Of a stretch of DNA of 64,000 bases, positions 10,165 to 19,394 are shown one piece after another. Position 1 is the first letter of the stretch. Each line of letters starts with the position of its first letter. The translations under genes were made by a program, and so were the position numbers. Under the pieces are notes generated by a model, which worked only from the letters and a program-made list of their open reading frames with translations, did no database searches and had not been told where the DNA came from. The stretch comes from an uncultured Methanosarcinales archaeon (GTDB taxonomy: Archaea; Nanobdellota; Nanobdellia; Woesearchaeales; CAYPCY01), in assembly GCA_964409385.1 (NCBI GenBank), contig CAYPCY010000002.1:143941-207940 (forward strand). Reading direction: 5' to 3'.

Positions 10165-10696
10165 CTTTTTCTGCTCCCTTACCTTTATTCCTTAAACCCC
10201 TGCTTTTTTTTCCTGCAGATGTTAAGCCTCTGTATGCTTTTGCCCTTCTAGAAACTGCTTGTTTCAAGTTCTTATTTGATAATACTGTTGGACTGTTCCT
10301 ATCAGCTAGGATTATTTCATACCAGTAGTATTTACCGTCTTTTCCAACTTCGTAAGATCCAAGAACTTCGCAATTTTTGTAAACTCTACAAGATCTTTCT
10401 TCAGCTACTGATTGATAATTTCTGTCCAGAACTTTTTTTCTTCCGTATCTTTTAGGTCTTCTTCCAGCTTTGAATTGTGGTTTTTGCCTTCCTCCACGAA
10501 GTACTCTTTGTCTAACAACAATAACTCCTTGCTTGGCTTTATAACCTAAAGATCTTGCTCTGTCAAGCCTTGTCGGTCTTTCAATCCTAATAGTTCTAGG
10601 TTCTCTCCTCCAAGAAATAATTCTTTTTTTGTTTAATTCGTTCAAAGTTTTGGAAGGTGACTTCCATAATTCTCTAATATGTTTGTATAAACTCAT
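10157..10696 (-). CDS. rpl15e: 50S ribosomal protein L15e
   Basis: RIERPTRLDRARSLGYKAKQG, GRRPK, RGLTSAGKKSRGL. Confidence 0.97.
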   Translation of the reverse strand: MSLYKHIRELWKSPSKTLNELNKKRIISWRREPRTIRIERPTRLDRARSLGYKAKQGVIVVRQRVLRGGRQKPQFKAGRRPKRYGRKKVLDRNYQSVAEERSCRVYKNCEVLGSYEVGKDGKYYWYEIILADRNSPTVLSNKNLKQAVSRRAKAYRGLTSAGKKSRGLRNKGKGAEKVR

Positions 10697-10757
10697 TTTA
10701 TTGCCTCCATTTGTGTTATTTTATTGAGATTCAGGCGAGCAAGCCCACATTTCTCTA
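10697..10757 (-). promoter_or_regulatory. structured 5' leader of rpl15e (candidate ribosomal-protein leader) with GGAGG Shine-Dalgarno
   Basis: Minus strand GAGA-aatgt-GGGC-ttgctc-GCCT-gaa-TCTC hairpin, GC-rich in an AT-rich background; TTTATAAA box at about 10778-10785. Confidence 0.55.
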
Positions 10758-10788
10758 ACTTCTAGAATTTTAAGGGTTTTATAAATAT

Positions 10789-12420
10789 TTACTTGTGTGC
10801 ATACCAGAATTCTTTATTGTTCCTTTTACAAAATCCGAACCTTTCAAACTGTAAAACATCACTTTTTAACGCTGCAGGTTCGACTAATCCTTTAATTAAT
10901 TTATTACTTGGCATTAAAATTTTAGTTTCTACTGTTTCATCTTTTGGCAGCCAGTGTATTATTGCTGTTCCTTTCTTCTTGTATTCTTCTACATTGTCTG
11001 AATGGTAATTAAAGTTTTTACCGTCAAACTTGAAATTTACTGCATCCATTAGTCTATAGAGTTTTCCCTTCTTGAAATTCTTAAAGTCTGGATTGTTAAT
11101 ATAGAATTTGCCGTTGATCTTGAAGGTTCTTCCGTAAGTTTTTGAATTAGGATTTTTCTTTAACTTAACAATTGTTTCTGGACAATTTTTTATTGTTATT
11201 AGTTTTGGTTGTTCTATGAAGAAATACCTGTCTGCAGTCTTGTCAAGAACTCTTCTATTATGTAGGTATAAATCATCCCATGTTAGTATTGATTCTGTCT
11301 TGTTCAATCCAGTGCTTAATAAAAAATTCTTTATTGCTTCTGGTTGGAATCCTCTCTTTCTTAATGCTTCTAGAGTTGCTAGTCTTGGATCGTCCCACCC
11401 TCTTAAACTTCCTGAATCTACTAATTCTCTAATTTGCCTTCCTGAAGTTACTACATCTTTAAGTTCGAACCTTGCAAACTCGAATATTTTAGTTGTTTTA
11501 TAACCTAGATTTTTCTGAATAAAAACTTGTAATTCATTCCTTAATTCGAACTCTTTAGATCTTAACCTGTGCGTGATTCCTTGGTGTCCGTCCATTACTG
11601 AATTTTCAAAGTCATAATTTGGCCAGACTTTGTAATCATTTCCTTTCAAAGGATGTTTAGTCTTTATTATTCTGAAGAGTGTGGGGTCTCGCATTACATA
11701 ATTCTTGTGTTCCATGTCTATCTTTAGTCTTAATATTCTTGAGCCTTTCTTTACTTTTGGCATTTCCTTCCATTCTTTCAAGTTTTCTTTTACTGTTTTG
11801 TTTCTACAATCACATTCTTTTCCTTGTCTTCTCCCTTCAGATATTAATTCTTTATTGCAATTGCAACTGTATGCTAGTCCTTTATTTATTAGAACTTCAG
11901 CTTTTTCATAGTATAATTCCATATAGTCTGAAGCATGAACTACTTCATCAGGTATTATTCCTAACCATTCATAGTCTTTCAAGTGTATATCATAGAATTC
12001 TTTTTTTGTCAGTTCAGGGTTAGTATCTTCAAATCTTAAGATGAAAATTCCTTTCTTATCCTTTGCTAATTTGTAGTTTATGTATACTGCTTTTGCGTGT
12101 CCTATATGTAAGTATTTGCTTGGTTCTGGAGGGAATGCTGTAGTTACTTTTCCTCTAAAATGTAAAGAATCAAAAAATCCGTGTTCTTTCTTTTTTTCAA
12201 AAACATTCTTGTTTAGTTTATTAAATTCTTGTTCTTGTTTCTTTAAACTTAATTTATTAACTTCCTTTACTGTCTTTCCAGCTAGTATTGCTAGATCTTT
12301 AGGTTTTGACTTGGGAAATTCCTTGATTAAAGCACCTATTATTGTTCCTTGATTGCAAGTTCCATTGAATTTAATTGAGTTCTTTAATGCGATTGCTCTT
12401 GCAAAGTTTTCTTTACTCAT
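10789..12420 (-). CDS. gltX: glutamate--tRNA ligase, archaeal type
   Basis: FPPEPSKYLHIGH, LRFEDTNP, GWDDPRL, QFERFGF. Confidence 0.95.
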   Translation of the reverse strand: MSKENFARAIALKNSIKFNGTCNQGTIIGALIKEFPKSKPKDLAILAGKTVKEVNKLSLKKQEQEFNKLNKNVFEKKKEHGFFDSLHFRGKVTTAFPPEPSKYLHIGHAKAVYINYKLAKDKKGIFILRFEDTNPELTKKEFYDIHLKDYEWLGIIPDEVVHASDYMELYYEKAEVLINKGLAYSCNCNKELISEGRRQGKECDCRNKTVKENLKEWKEMPKVKKGSRILRLKIDMEHKNYVMRDPTLFRIIKTKHPLKGNDYKVWPNYDFENSVMDGHQGITHRLRSKEFELRNELQVFIQKNLGYKTTKIFEFARFELKDVVTSGRQIRELVDSGSLRGWDDPRLATLEALRKRGFQPEAIKNFLLSTGLNKTESILTWDDLYLHNRRVLDKTADRYFFIEQPKLITIKNCPETIVKLKKNPNSKTYGRTFKINGKFYINNPDFKNFKKGKLYRLMDAVNFKFDGKNFNYHSDNVEEYKKKGTAIIHWLPKDETVETKILMPSNKLIKGLVEPAALKSDVLQFERFGFCKRNNKEFWYAHK

Positions 12421-12483
12421 AACACTCTAGTTTTATAATTACTTAATAAAATTTATTAATAATTCCTTATTTTCGTTTAGTAT

Positions 12484-12600
12484 GGGCTGGTAGTTAAATC
12501 TGGTATAACGCTCGGCTGGCAGCCGAGAGGCTCCGGGTTCAAATATATCTTAAGAGAGAATAAAAATTTCTTTTTGGATTTGAAAGTCCCCGCCAGTCCA
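12484..12600 (+). tRNA. tRNA-Ala(GGC) with non-canonical T-loop intron (59/60, about 12544-12586)
   Basis: Acceptor GGGCTGG/CCAGTCC-A with G3:U70; anticodon arm CTCGG-CTGGCAG-CCGAG; GGGTTCAAA[43 nt]TCCC. Confidence 0.9.
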
Positions 12601-12624
12601 TTTTTCCAAAAGTAAAATATTTAT

Positions 12625-14193
12625 ATGAATACATCTATAAAATTTTTAATGGCTAAACATCATGATCATGGAACGACTGCTGCATTATCAATAATTGGTA
12701 TTGTTATTCTAGTATTCTTGTTCATTAATCAACCAGTGAGTAAAGACTTGGTGGGGGAAGCATTAAGAACTCTTTATACGGAACAAGAAGTAGGAAGGAG
12801 TTGTACAATACCATTTGAAGGAATGATTTTGACTGAGGACCATGCTGATGATGGTACTATCCTAATATGCCCTGGAGATTACAATTTCGGACTAAGTTTA
12901 GAAGGGGCAAATCTAGACTGTGCAAATTCTAATTTTGTGGGTTCCTTAATAATTTCTTCACAATATGATATTGAAGTCGAAAATTGTAATTTTGAAAGTT
13001 TAGAAAATGCGCTTTACATTGAAGATTCAAATAATATAAACTTTGTAAGTAATTCTTTCTATGGCATTAATGGAGTTCACATAATTAATTCACAAGTAAC
13101 CTTTTCAAATAATATAATAACTGGAGATAATTATGGTGTTTACTTGTTAGATTCGACAGGTTCATCATTTTCAGAAAACAACATTTACGGATATTACGGA
13201 ATTCGTGCTGTTAATTCTGTCTCCCTAGATATTGCGAATAATTTTATTGATGGTATTACGCAAGGAATCCGTTTAGAAAATTCTCCTTCATTAATTTCAG
13301 AAAATACTATAGACGGTAATTATTTTGGGGTTCAAGCAATAGATTCTTCTTCAGTAATTTCAGACAATACAATAACTTCAAACACTCACGGTATTAAATT
13401 ATATTCTTCTCCAAATTCTGAAATTCAAGAAAATTATATTAGCGGTGGTGCTCACAATGGTGTAAGAATTGAATACTCCGAAGAAACAACAGTCTCGAGT
13501 AATACTATAGACTTCTCGATAGGGGTTTCAATATTTAATTCTAGACAATCAGTAATTTCAGGTAATACAATGACTGGAGAGTATGGTGTTTCAACGGAGG
13601 GAACAACTTTTAATAATGATTTGATAATTCAGGATAATTCAATTTCAGCTTTAGTAACAGGAATTTCTTTGGTTTCTAATAATAATAATGTTATTGGAAA
13701 CACCATAAGTAATAGTGAAGAAAGAGGCATTGAATTATTTAAGTCTAGTGATAATATTATAGAAAACAATCATATTTCATTAGCAAGTATTATTGATGAT
13801 AGTGTTGGAATTTATTTATATTGTGATAGTAATCTTTGTTCAGACTATAATGAAATAAAAGATAATACTGTATATTTTTATTATAAGGGAGTTTTTATTG
13901 ATAGTGGGGATTATTTAACTACAGGAGGAAGTATTGAAGAGAATAATTTATACAATAATAATATTGGTCTTGATTTAATAGGAGCATGGGATATTTCAGT
14001 AAACCAAAACATGATATGTAGTAATGCTGCTAAGGATATTCAATGTGATGATAATCCAAATATTGGATTTGTAAATAATGGATGTGGCTTGAACAAAGTT
14101 TCTGAAAGTTGTGGGATTTCCTCGTGTGTAAGATGTGTAGGTGTGTTTTCAAAAGATGATAATGTTCGAGTGGAAGGTTCATCAACAGAGTAA
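12625..14193 (+). CDS. membrane-anchored right-handed beta-helix (NosD/PbH1 repeat) protein
   Basis: N-terminal TM helix; repeated ISxNxI...GI.L units; Cys-rich C-terminus. Confidence 0.85.
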   Translation: MNTSIKFLMAKHHDHGTTAALSIIGIVILVFLFINQPVSKDLVGEALRTLYTEQEVGRSCTIPFEGMILTEDHADDGTILICPGDYNFGLSLEGANLDCANSNFVGSLIISSQYDIEVENCNFESLENALYIEDSNNINFVSNSFYGINGVHIINSQVTFSNNIITGDNYGVYLLDSTGSSFSENNIYGYYGIRAVNSVSLDIANNFIDGITQGIRLENSPSLISENTIDGNYFGVQAIDSSSVISDNTITSNTHGIKLYSSPNSEIQENYISGGAHNGVRIEYSEETTVSSNTIDFSIGVSIFNSRQSVISGNTMTGEYGVSTEGTTFNNDLIIQDNSISALVTGISLVSNNNNVIGNTISNSEERGIELFKSSDNIIENNHISLASIIDDSVGIYLYCDSNLCSDYNEIKDNTVYFYYKGVFIDSGDYLTTGGSIEENNLYNNNIGLDLIGAWDISVNQNMICSNAAKDIQCDDNPNIGFVNNGCGLNKVSESCGISSCVRCVGVFSKDDNVRVEGSSTE

Positions 14194-14226
14194 AAATTAA
14201 AAACAGTAAATAATTCTTATAATAAA

Positions 14227-14847
14227 ATGGTTAAAGCAATATTTTTTGATTTGTGGGGAACATTGGTTGAGAATGGTTCTTTTCCTAGTCCTGTAAAGCA
14301 GATTTGGAAGTTAATTCCGGAAAGAATGAGTTTTCAAGATTTTATTGTTAAGTTTGAAAAGTCTTTAATGACTAGAGAGTTTGAAAATTTAGTTAAGGCT
14401 TTTACTAAAGTATTGAAAGATTTTAATAGTGAAGATAAAGAGTTGGTTGAGAAGATGGTTGGTGTTTGGAATAGGAATGCTTTATTTTCAAGATTATTCC
14501 CTGATGCTAAAGTATTAAAAGATTTGAAGAAGAAGTACAAGCTTGTTTTACTTTCTAATTCTACTAGTGAAGCACGTAATGTTATTGAAAAATTTAAGAT
14601 TGAAGAATATTTTGATTTAATTTATATTTCTTGCGAGAAGAAAAAGTTAAAAGCTGATTTGTTCAAGGAGGCTTTGAAGAAGTTAAAATTAAAGCCTGAA
14701 GATGCAGTGATGGTTGGTGATTCTACTCATACTGATATTGAAGGTGCAGAAAAGGTTGGTATTAAAGGAATTCTTCTTGATAGGAGGAATAAGAGAGAAC
14801 ACGATAGTAAGATTGTTTCTTTAAATGATTTGGAGAGTGTATTATGA
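14227..14847 (+). CDS. HAD-family hydrolase
   Basis: FFDLWGTL, LLSN, VMVGDS..DIEGA. Confidence 0.9.
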   Translation: MVKAIFFDLWGTLVENGSFPSPVKQIWKLIPERMSFQDFIVKFEKSLMTREFENLVKAFTKVLKDFNSEDKELVEKMVGVWNRNALFSRLFPDAKVLKDLKKKYKLVLLSNSTSEARNVIEKFKIEEYFDLIYISCEKKKLKADLFKEALKKLKLKPEDAVMVGDSTHTDIEGAEKVGIKGILLDRRNKREHDSKIVSLNDLESVL

Positions 14848-15245
14848 CTGAGTGTATATTTTGTAAAATTTTAAATAATGAGATTCCAAGCACTAAATTG
14901 TATGAGAACGAGAGTGTTTATACATTCTTGGATATAAGACCTATAAATAAAGGTCATGCATTAGTAGTTCCTAAAAGGCATAGTGAGACTTTTTTAGATA
15001 TGGCAAGTGCTGATATTGATTCCTTGTTTAAAGCCGCTCAAAAAGTCGCTACTGCGGTTATGGAGGGAATGAATGCGGACGGTTTTAACATTGGAATGAA
15101 TAATTTTCCTGCTGCGGGCCAGGAGGTTCCTCACAGTCACGTTCATATAATACCAAGATTTTCTGATGATGGCCTTAAACACTGGCCTGGAAATGAACCT
15201 GAAGATTTAGAATTAGTTAAAGAGAAAATAGTTAAGTTTTTATAA
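14844..15245 (+). CDS. HIT family nucleotide hydrolase
   Basis: CIFC, GHALVVPKRH, GQEVPHSHVHIIPR. Confidence 0.95.
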   Translation: MTECIFCKILNNEIPSTKLYENESVYTFLDIRPINKGHALVVPKRHSETFLDMASADIDSLFKAAQKVATAVMEGMNADGFNIGMNNFPAAGQEVPHSHVHIIPRFSDDGLKHWPGNEPEDLELVKEKIVKFL

Positions 15246-15270
15246 TAATTTCAAGTTCTTGCTTGTTATT

Positions 15271-15392
15271 GTCGGCGTCGTATAGCCTGGCTAATGCCCC
15301 AGACTCATATTTTTGAGTAATGAGCTGAAAAGCAATGACTAAAACTCTTTGGGGTTATCTGGTGATCGGGGGTTCAAATCCCTCCGCCGACA
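15271..15392 (+). tRNA. tRNA-Met(CAT), probably elongator, with canonical 37/38 intron (about 15310-15356)
   Basis: Acceptor GTCGGCG/CGCCGAC-A; anticodon arm CCAGA-CTCATA[47 nt]A-TCTGG; T arm GGGGG-TTCAAAT-CCCTC. Confidence 0.88.
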
Positions 15393-15411
15393 TGTTTCTT
15401 TTAAGAAAAAA

Positions 15412-15828
15412 CTAAATCTTTTTCAAAACAATAAGATTTGTATAACCTTGTTTTTTCTTTTCTATAACTCCTCTTTCTTGTAATATTGAACTTACTCTTG
15501 ACATTTTCACTGGATTCAGTCCGGATAGTGTTCCTAACCTTTTTTGTTCGATTTCTTTTCTTTCCAGTAATATTTTCATTACTTTCTTCTCATTTGTGGG
15601 AAGTATTGATAATAGTTTATCTACTTGTGAAGTGTTTATTTTTTCTTGGAATAAATAAACTATGTATCCTCCAATAATTAAAGAAAGAATTGTAGTTCCA
15701 TAAAGGAATAAGGGATATTGGATTGCTGTTGTTCCCATGTGTGAAGTATGATATATTGAAAAGACAGTTATTAGTATTCCTAAAAGTAATAATAATCCTG
15801 CAGAAGTTAATAATTTTTTATTATTCAT
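15412..15828 (-). CDS. two-TM membrane protein with C-terminal winged helix-turn-helix
   Basis: Two hydrophobic helices, then E.KVM.IL....IEQ..L...SGL..VKMSR....L..RGVIEKKKQG.TN. Confidence 0.8.
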   Translation of the reverse strand: MNNKKLLTSAGLLLLLGILITVFSIYHTSHMGTTAIQYPLFLYGTTILSLIIGGYIVYLFQEKINTSQVDKLLSILPTNEKKVMKILLERKEIEQKRLGTLSGLNPVKMSRVSSILQERGVIEKKKQGYTNLIVLKKI

Positions 15829-15860
15829 ATTAAAAAAAATAAAAAAACAAATTAATAAAT

Positions 15861-16229
15861 CTATCCATAAATTTCAGGATGGTGACTTTTATGCAGATTC
15901 CATGCTTCATTACTTAATGAGTCAGGTTTTTCTTTTGGGAAATTTCCTGATGTCATCCATTGATGCATTATTTGAAATTCATCTAGAGAAACATCTCCTT
16001 CCCTAACTAAATTATGCATTGGACATTCATAATCTAATGTTTCATGATATTTCATTGCTGCTTCAAAATCTCCCGCGATCATTGCAGTATGCATTTGTTC
16101 AAAATCGTCAGATTCCATCATTTTCTCATGCAGTTCATTCATACTAAAATAGCTACTTGCACTTACAAGTACAATTCCAAGTAATAATGCGCCTAAAATT
16201 CCTGTTAGTATTGTTTTGTTCATATTCAT
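15861..16229 (-). CDS. secreted His/Met-rich small protein
   Basis: Signal peptide; MH, CPMH and HKSHH motifs; GGAGG SD upstream. Confidence 0.7.
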   Translation of the reverse strand: MNMNKTILTGILGALLLGIVLVSASSYFSMNELHEKMMESDDFEQMHTAMIAGDFEAAMKYHETLDYECPMHNLVREGDVSLDEFQIMHQWMTSGNFPKEKPDSLSNEAWNLHKSHHPEIYG

Positions 16230-16289
16230 TGTTTTAAAACCTCCTTATGTTATTTCATATGTTGAAAACACATAAGTTATTTTCTGAAA

Positions 16290-17072
16290 TCAAACAGTTT
16301 TAAGAGACATTGCCATTATTTTATATGCTAGTTTGGCGAGTGAGTAAGCTTCCGTTCTTGATTCTCCTGTGAATTCGTTAATATCAGTAATTATCACATT
16401 TTTAGACTTGAAAACTTCTTTTAATAAGTCAATAACTTCTTGCCAGTGTAGACCTCCTGGTTCTGGAGTTCCTGTCTTTCTAATGAATGAAGGGTCGAAA
16501 ACATCAACGTCTATGGAGATGTAAACATTTTCGCTTAATTTATCAAGTATGTTCTTAATACTGTCTTTATTGTATTCTCTTGCTGTAATACTTAATATTT
16601 TATCTTCCGAATCTATAATTTTTTTCTCATCCTTGTCCATTGCTCTTATTCCTACTTGTACTAGTGAATTGGCTTTGGATAATGCTTTCCTTCCAAAACA
16701 CCTATGGTTTACTGAACTTCCATTCCAGGAGTAGAACAAGTCTGGATGTGCATCTAATTGTAAGACTGAAAAATCTTCCAATCCATTTAAGATCCCTATT
16801 CCTATTGAATGATCCCCACCTAGTGCAACAACAAATTTATTAGTATTCTTAACAAAATTAGTTACTTCTTCTAAAGTATTAATATTAAATGTTTGAATGC
16901 CTTCTTCCACTGGTGAATTATCAAATTCTTCGTCGTAATATTCTAGTTCTAAAGATTCTTTGATTATTGCAGTACATCCTTTAGAGGCTCCTTTTCCATA
17001 ACTTGGATTGTTCTCTATGGGAATGGTTAGTACAACAAATTTTCCATCATCACTTTTATTTAAGAATTTCAT
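16290..17072 (-). CDS. speB: agmatinase (ureohydrolase family)
   Basis: LGGDHSI, DAHPD, VGIR, SIDVDVFDP, GTPEPGGL. Confidence 0.9.
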   Translation of the reverse strand: MKFLNKSDDGKFVVLTIPIENNPSYGKGASKGCTAIIKESLELEYYDEEFDNSPVEEGIQTFNINTLEEVTNFVKNTNKFVVALGGDHSIGIGILNGLEDFSVLQLDAHPDLFYSWNGSSVNHRCFGRKALSKANSLVQVGIRAMDKDEKKIIDSEDKILSITAREYNKDSIKNILDKLSENVYISIDVDVFDPSFIRKTGTPEPGGLHWQEVIDLLKEVFKSKNVIITDINEFTGESRTEAYSLAKLAYKIMAMSLKTV

Positions 17073-18072
17073 TTTCTAATTTTTTTAGGTTGCAAAAGTC
17101 TGAACTGAAATTGTAAGCTCCAGCGTTTAAAAAAGTGATTTCATCACCAACTTTAGGATTGTCTAAATAAACTCTGTATCTGAACAGGTCTAGTGAGCAG
17201 GGTGTTACTCCTTTAATCACGTAGGGTGTTCCTTTTTCTAGTTCTCCTTCTACTTTTAATTTTACTGGGACTATTAAAGAGTCTAGGTCAGTATTGTATA
17301 CTGAAGCATCCACTATAATATTGTTTTCGTAAATTCCTATAATTTTAGTTTTTAACTTTCCTGCTGGTGCTGCTATGAACCTTCCTGGTTCTAGCATTAA
17401 GTCAATTTGTTTTTCTTTTAAGAATTCTTTGAATTCTTTTATCTTAACCAGAATATTATCTAGAACTTTAACATTAGTATTTGCATATTCTGAAGGTAGT
17501 CCACCTCCAATATTAATAATGTCTATATTATTTAGTGTTTCTTCTGTTAGCATGTGTGAAACTTCAAATTTTAGGTTCCACTCGCTCATATTCTGTGTCT
17601 TTCTATGAAAGTGAACTCCTAATTCTTTAATTTTAGGATTCTTTCTTAACTCTTTAATTCTTGAATTTATAATGTCTGAATTCATTCCAAAAACGAAATA
17701 CTTTTCTGTTCGTATTGTGTTTTCTTTTAGTTTAATCCGTAACATTAAATCTATACTTACAGAATTATTCTTTAGATATTTTAGTAGGACTTCCAAGTCT
17801 GGCTCGTTATCAACTACAAACTTAGTAATTCCAGTATTAACTAATTTAGAAATAGTTTCATTATCCCACGCCTGAGCCAAGAATAATACTCTTGTTTTAT
17901 CCTTAATATTTTCTAGTTCATTAATTAAGTGAATACTGAATAAGCAATTTGTTTCTTCCTCTAATATTCTACTAATTAAAGGATTGGTTTTTGAACTGAA
18001 GGAGACTCTAGTAAAATTTATTTTAGAGTATTGTTCTAAAACTTTACTTTTTGATAATACGAACTTACTCAT
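17056..18072 (-). CDS. fold-III PLP decarboxylase (Orn/DAP/Arg decarboxylase family)
   Basis: FSSKTN (PLP Lys), HFH, INIGGG, LEPGRF, G.TPCSLD, NAGAY. Confidence 0.88.
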   Translation of the reverse strand: MSKFVLSKSKVLEQYSKINFTRVSFSSKTNPLISRILEEETNCLFSIHLINELENIKDKTRVLFLAQAWDNETISKLVNTGITKFVVDNEPDLEVLLKYLKNNSVSIDLMLRIKLKENTIRTEKYFVFGMNSDIINSRIKELRKNPKIKELGVHFHRKTQNMSEWNLKFEVSHMLTEETLNNIDIINIGGGLPSEYANTNVKVLDNILVKIKEFKEFLKEKQIDLMLEPGRFIAAPAGKLKTKIIGIYENNIIVDASVYNTDLDSLIVPVKLKVEGELEKGTPYVIKGVTPCSLDLFRYRVYLDNPKVGDEITFLNAGAYNFSSDFCNLKKLENEILK

Positions 18073-19006
18073 TTAACAATCCTTCCTCTTTCAATTGTTC
18101 TAATGCTTTAATCATTGCTAATGGAAACATTATGGTTACATCTCCTATTACTGTGGATACATCACTATCATCCTTAACCTTTCCCCAGGATTTTGCTTCA
18201 TTAGTAGTAGCTCCACTCATGCTTCCTGATGTTTTATGTGCTGTGGTCATGTAAACGGCATATTCCGCTCCTCCGTTTAATAAAGTGCATAGTATTGCAT
18301 GATGTTTTGAAATACTCCCTCCTAGTGAGATTACTCCTTTCTTATCATCCATACTTGTAGTGAATAGAATATTTCCAAAATCCTTAACAACATCCACTAT
18401 GAAGTCAGGATGTTTTTGCTGGAATAAGTACAAGTGAAAACCAAATGCTCCATCAGTAATTGCAGGGCAGAATATTGGAATTTCTTTCTTTGCAGCTTGA
18501 AACAAGATTGAATCTTCATCTTTTAGTATTAATCCAATTTCTCTTAATAATTCTGAAACGGCCCATCTTTTTTTCTTTTCATATAATTTTTTTAGTATTG
18601 GAAGCATTAAATCTTCAAATTTCATGTAACTCTCATTTTTAACGAGTAAGTTACCAACACGATTTACTCCTTTCTCATGTAATTCTACATCATCACTTTC
18701 GAATTTTCCAATAATGAATTTTTCACCGTGTGCTTTCATTATATCTTCTTCTATACCGCCTACTGTTGTTACTATAACATTTGGTATTCCTAATGATATT
18801 AATTGTGCAAAGAATCCTCTTAATCCAGAGGTTACCATGTTTGAAGTGAATGTTAAGAATATTTTTGCAGAGTTCTTCTTCATTTTAACAATGACTTCTG
18901 AAGCCTTGCTTAATTCAGTACTTTGGAATCCTAAGCTAGAAAAATTCTGGACTAGTTCTGACACTTTAATTCCTGGAATCCACTTAAGATCAGTAACATT
19001 AACCAT
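18065..19006 (-). CDS. dys: deoxyhypusine synthase family protein
   Basis: TSNMVTSGLR, GGIEED, NRVGN, GSMSGA..NEAKSWGK with catalytic Lys. Confidence 0.93.
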   Translation of the reverse strand: MVNVTDLKWIPGIKVSELVQNFSSLGFQSTELSKASEVIVKMKKNSAKIFLTFTSNMVTSGLRGFFAQLISLGIPNVIVTTVGGIEEDIMKAHGEKFIIGKFESDDVELHEKGVNRVGNLLVKNESYMKFEDLMLPILKKLYEKKKRWAVSELLREIGLILKDEDSILFQAAKKEIPIFCPAITDGAFGFHLYLFQQKHPDFIVDVVKDFGNILFTTSMDDKKGVISLGGSISKHHAILCTLLNGGAEYAVYMTTAHKTSGSMSGATTNEAKSWGKVKDDSDVSTVIGDVTIMFPLAMIKALEQLKEEGLLNE

Positions 19007-19130
19007 TGTAGTAACTATAAGAAAGAATTGTTTAACTGTTTGATTTTACAGTGTTCATGAGTTAAAGAATTAAATTATCTTTTAAAAAGCTAACGAAAAC
19101 CTTATTAACTATTAACAATAAATATTTACT

Positions 19131-19394
19131 ATGGGATTTTTTAAGACTAAAGAAGAAAAACTTGCTGCTTGGCACAGAAAACTATCTATCATAAGGAAAG
19201 ACAGGGAAGAAGAAAAGAAAAAACTAAAGATTCTAGACCTCCAATTTGACAGACAAGCAAGTAAGGGTGTTTCTTCAGAAGTTGATAGGAAGAACTTGAA
19301 AAGAATTGCAAATACTAAGAATAAAGCATATAATGATTTAGACAGGATCTTAAGAAAAGAACAAGTTCTAGTAACTAAAATTAACAATATTTAA
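19131..19394 (+). CDS. small basic coiled-coil hypothetical protein
   Basis: 87-aa Lys/Arg-rich ORF with ATG after an AT-rich promoter-like region. Confidence 0.55.
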   Translation: MGFFKTKEEKLAAWHRKLSIIRKDREEEKKKLKILDLQFDRQASKGVSSEVDRKNLKRIANTKNKAYNDLDRILRKEQVLVTKINNI

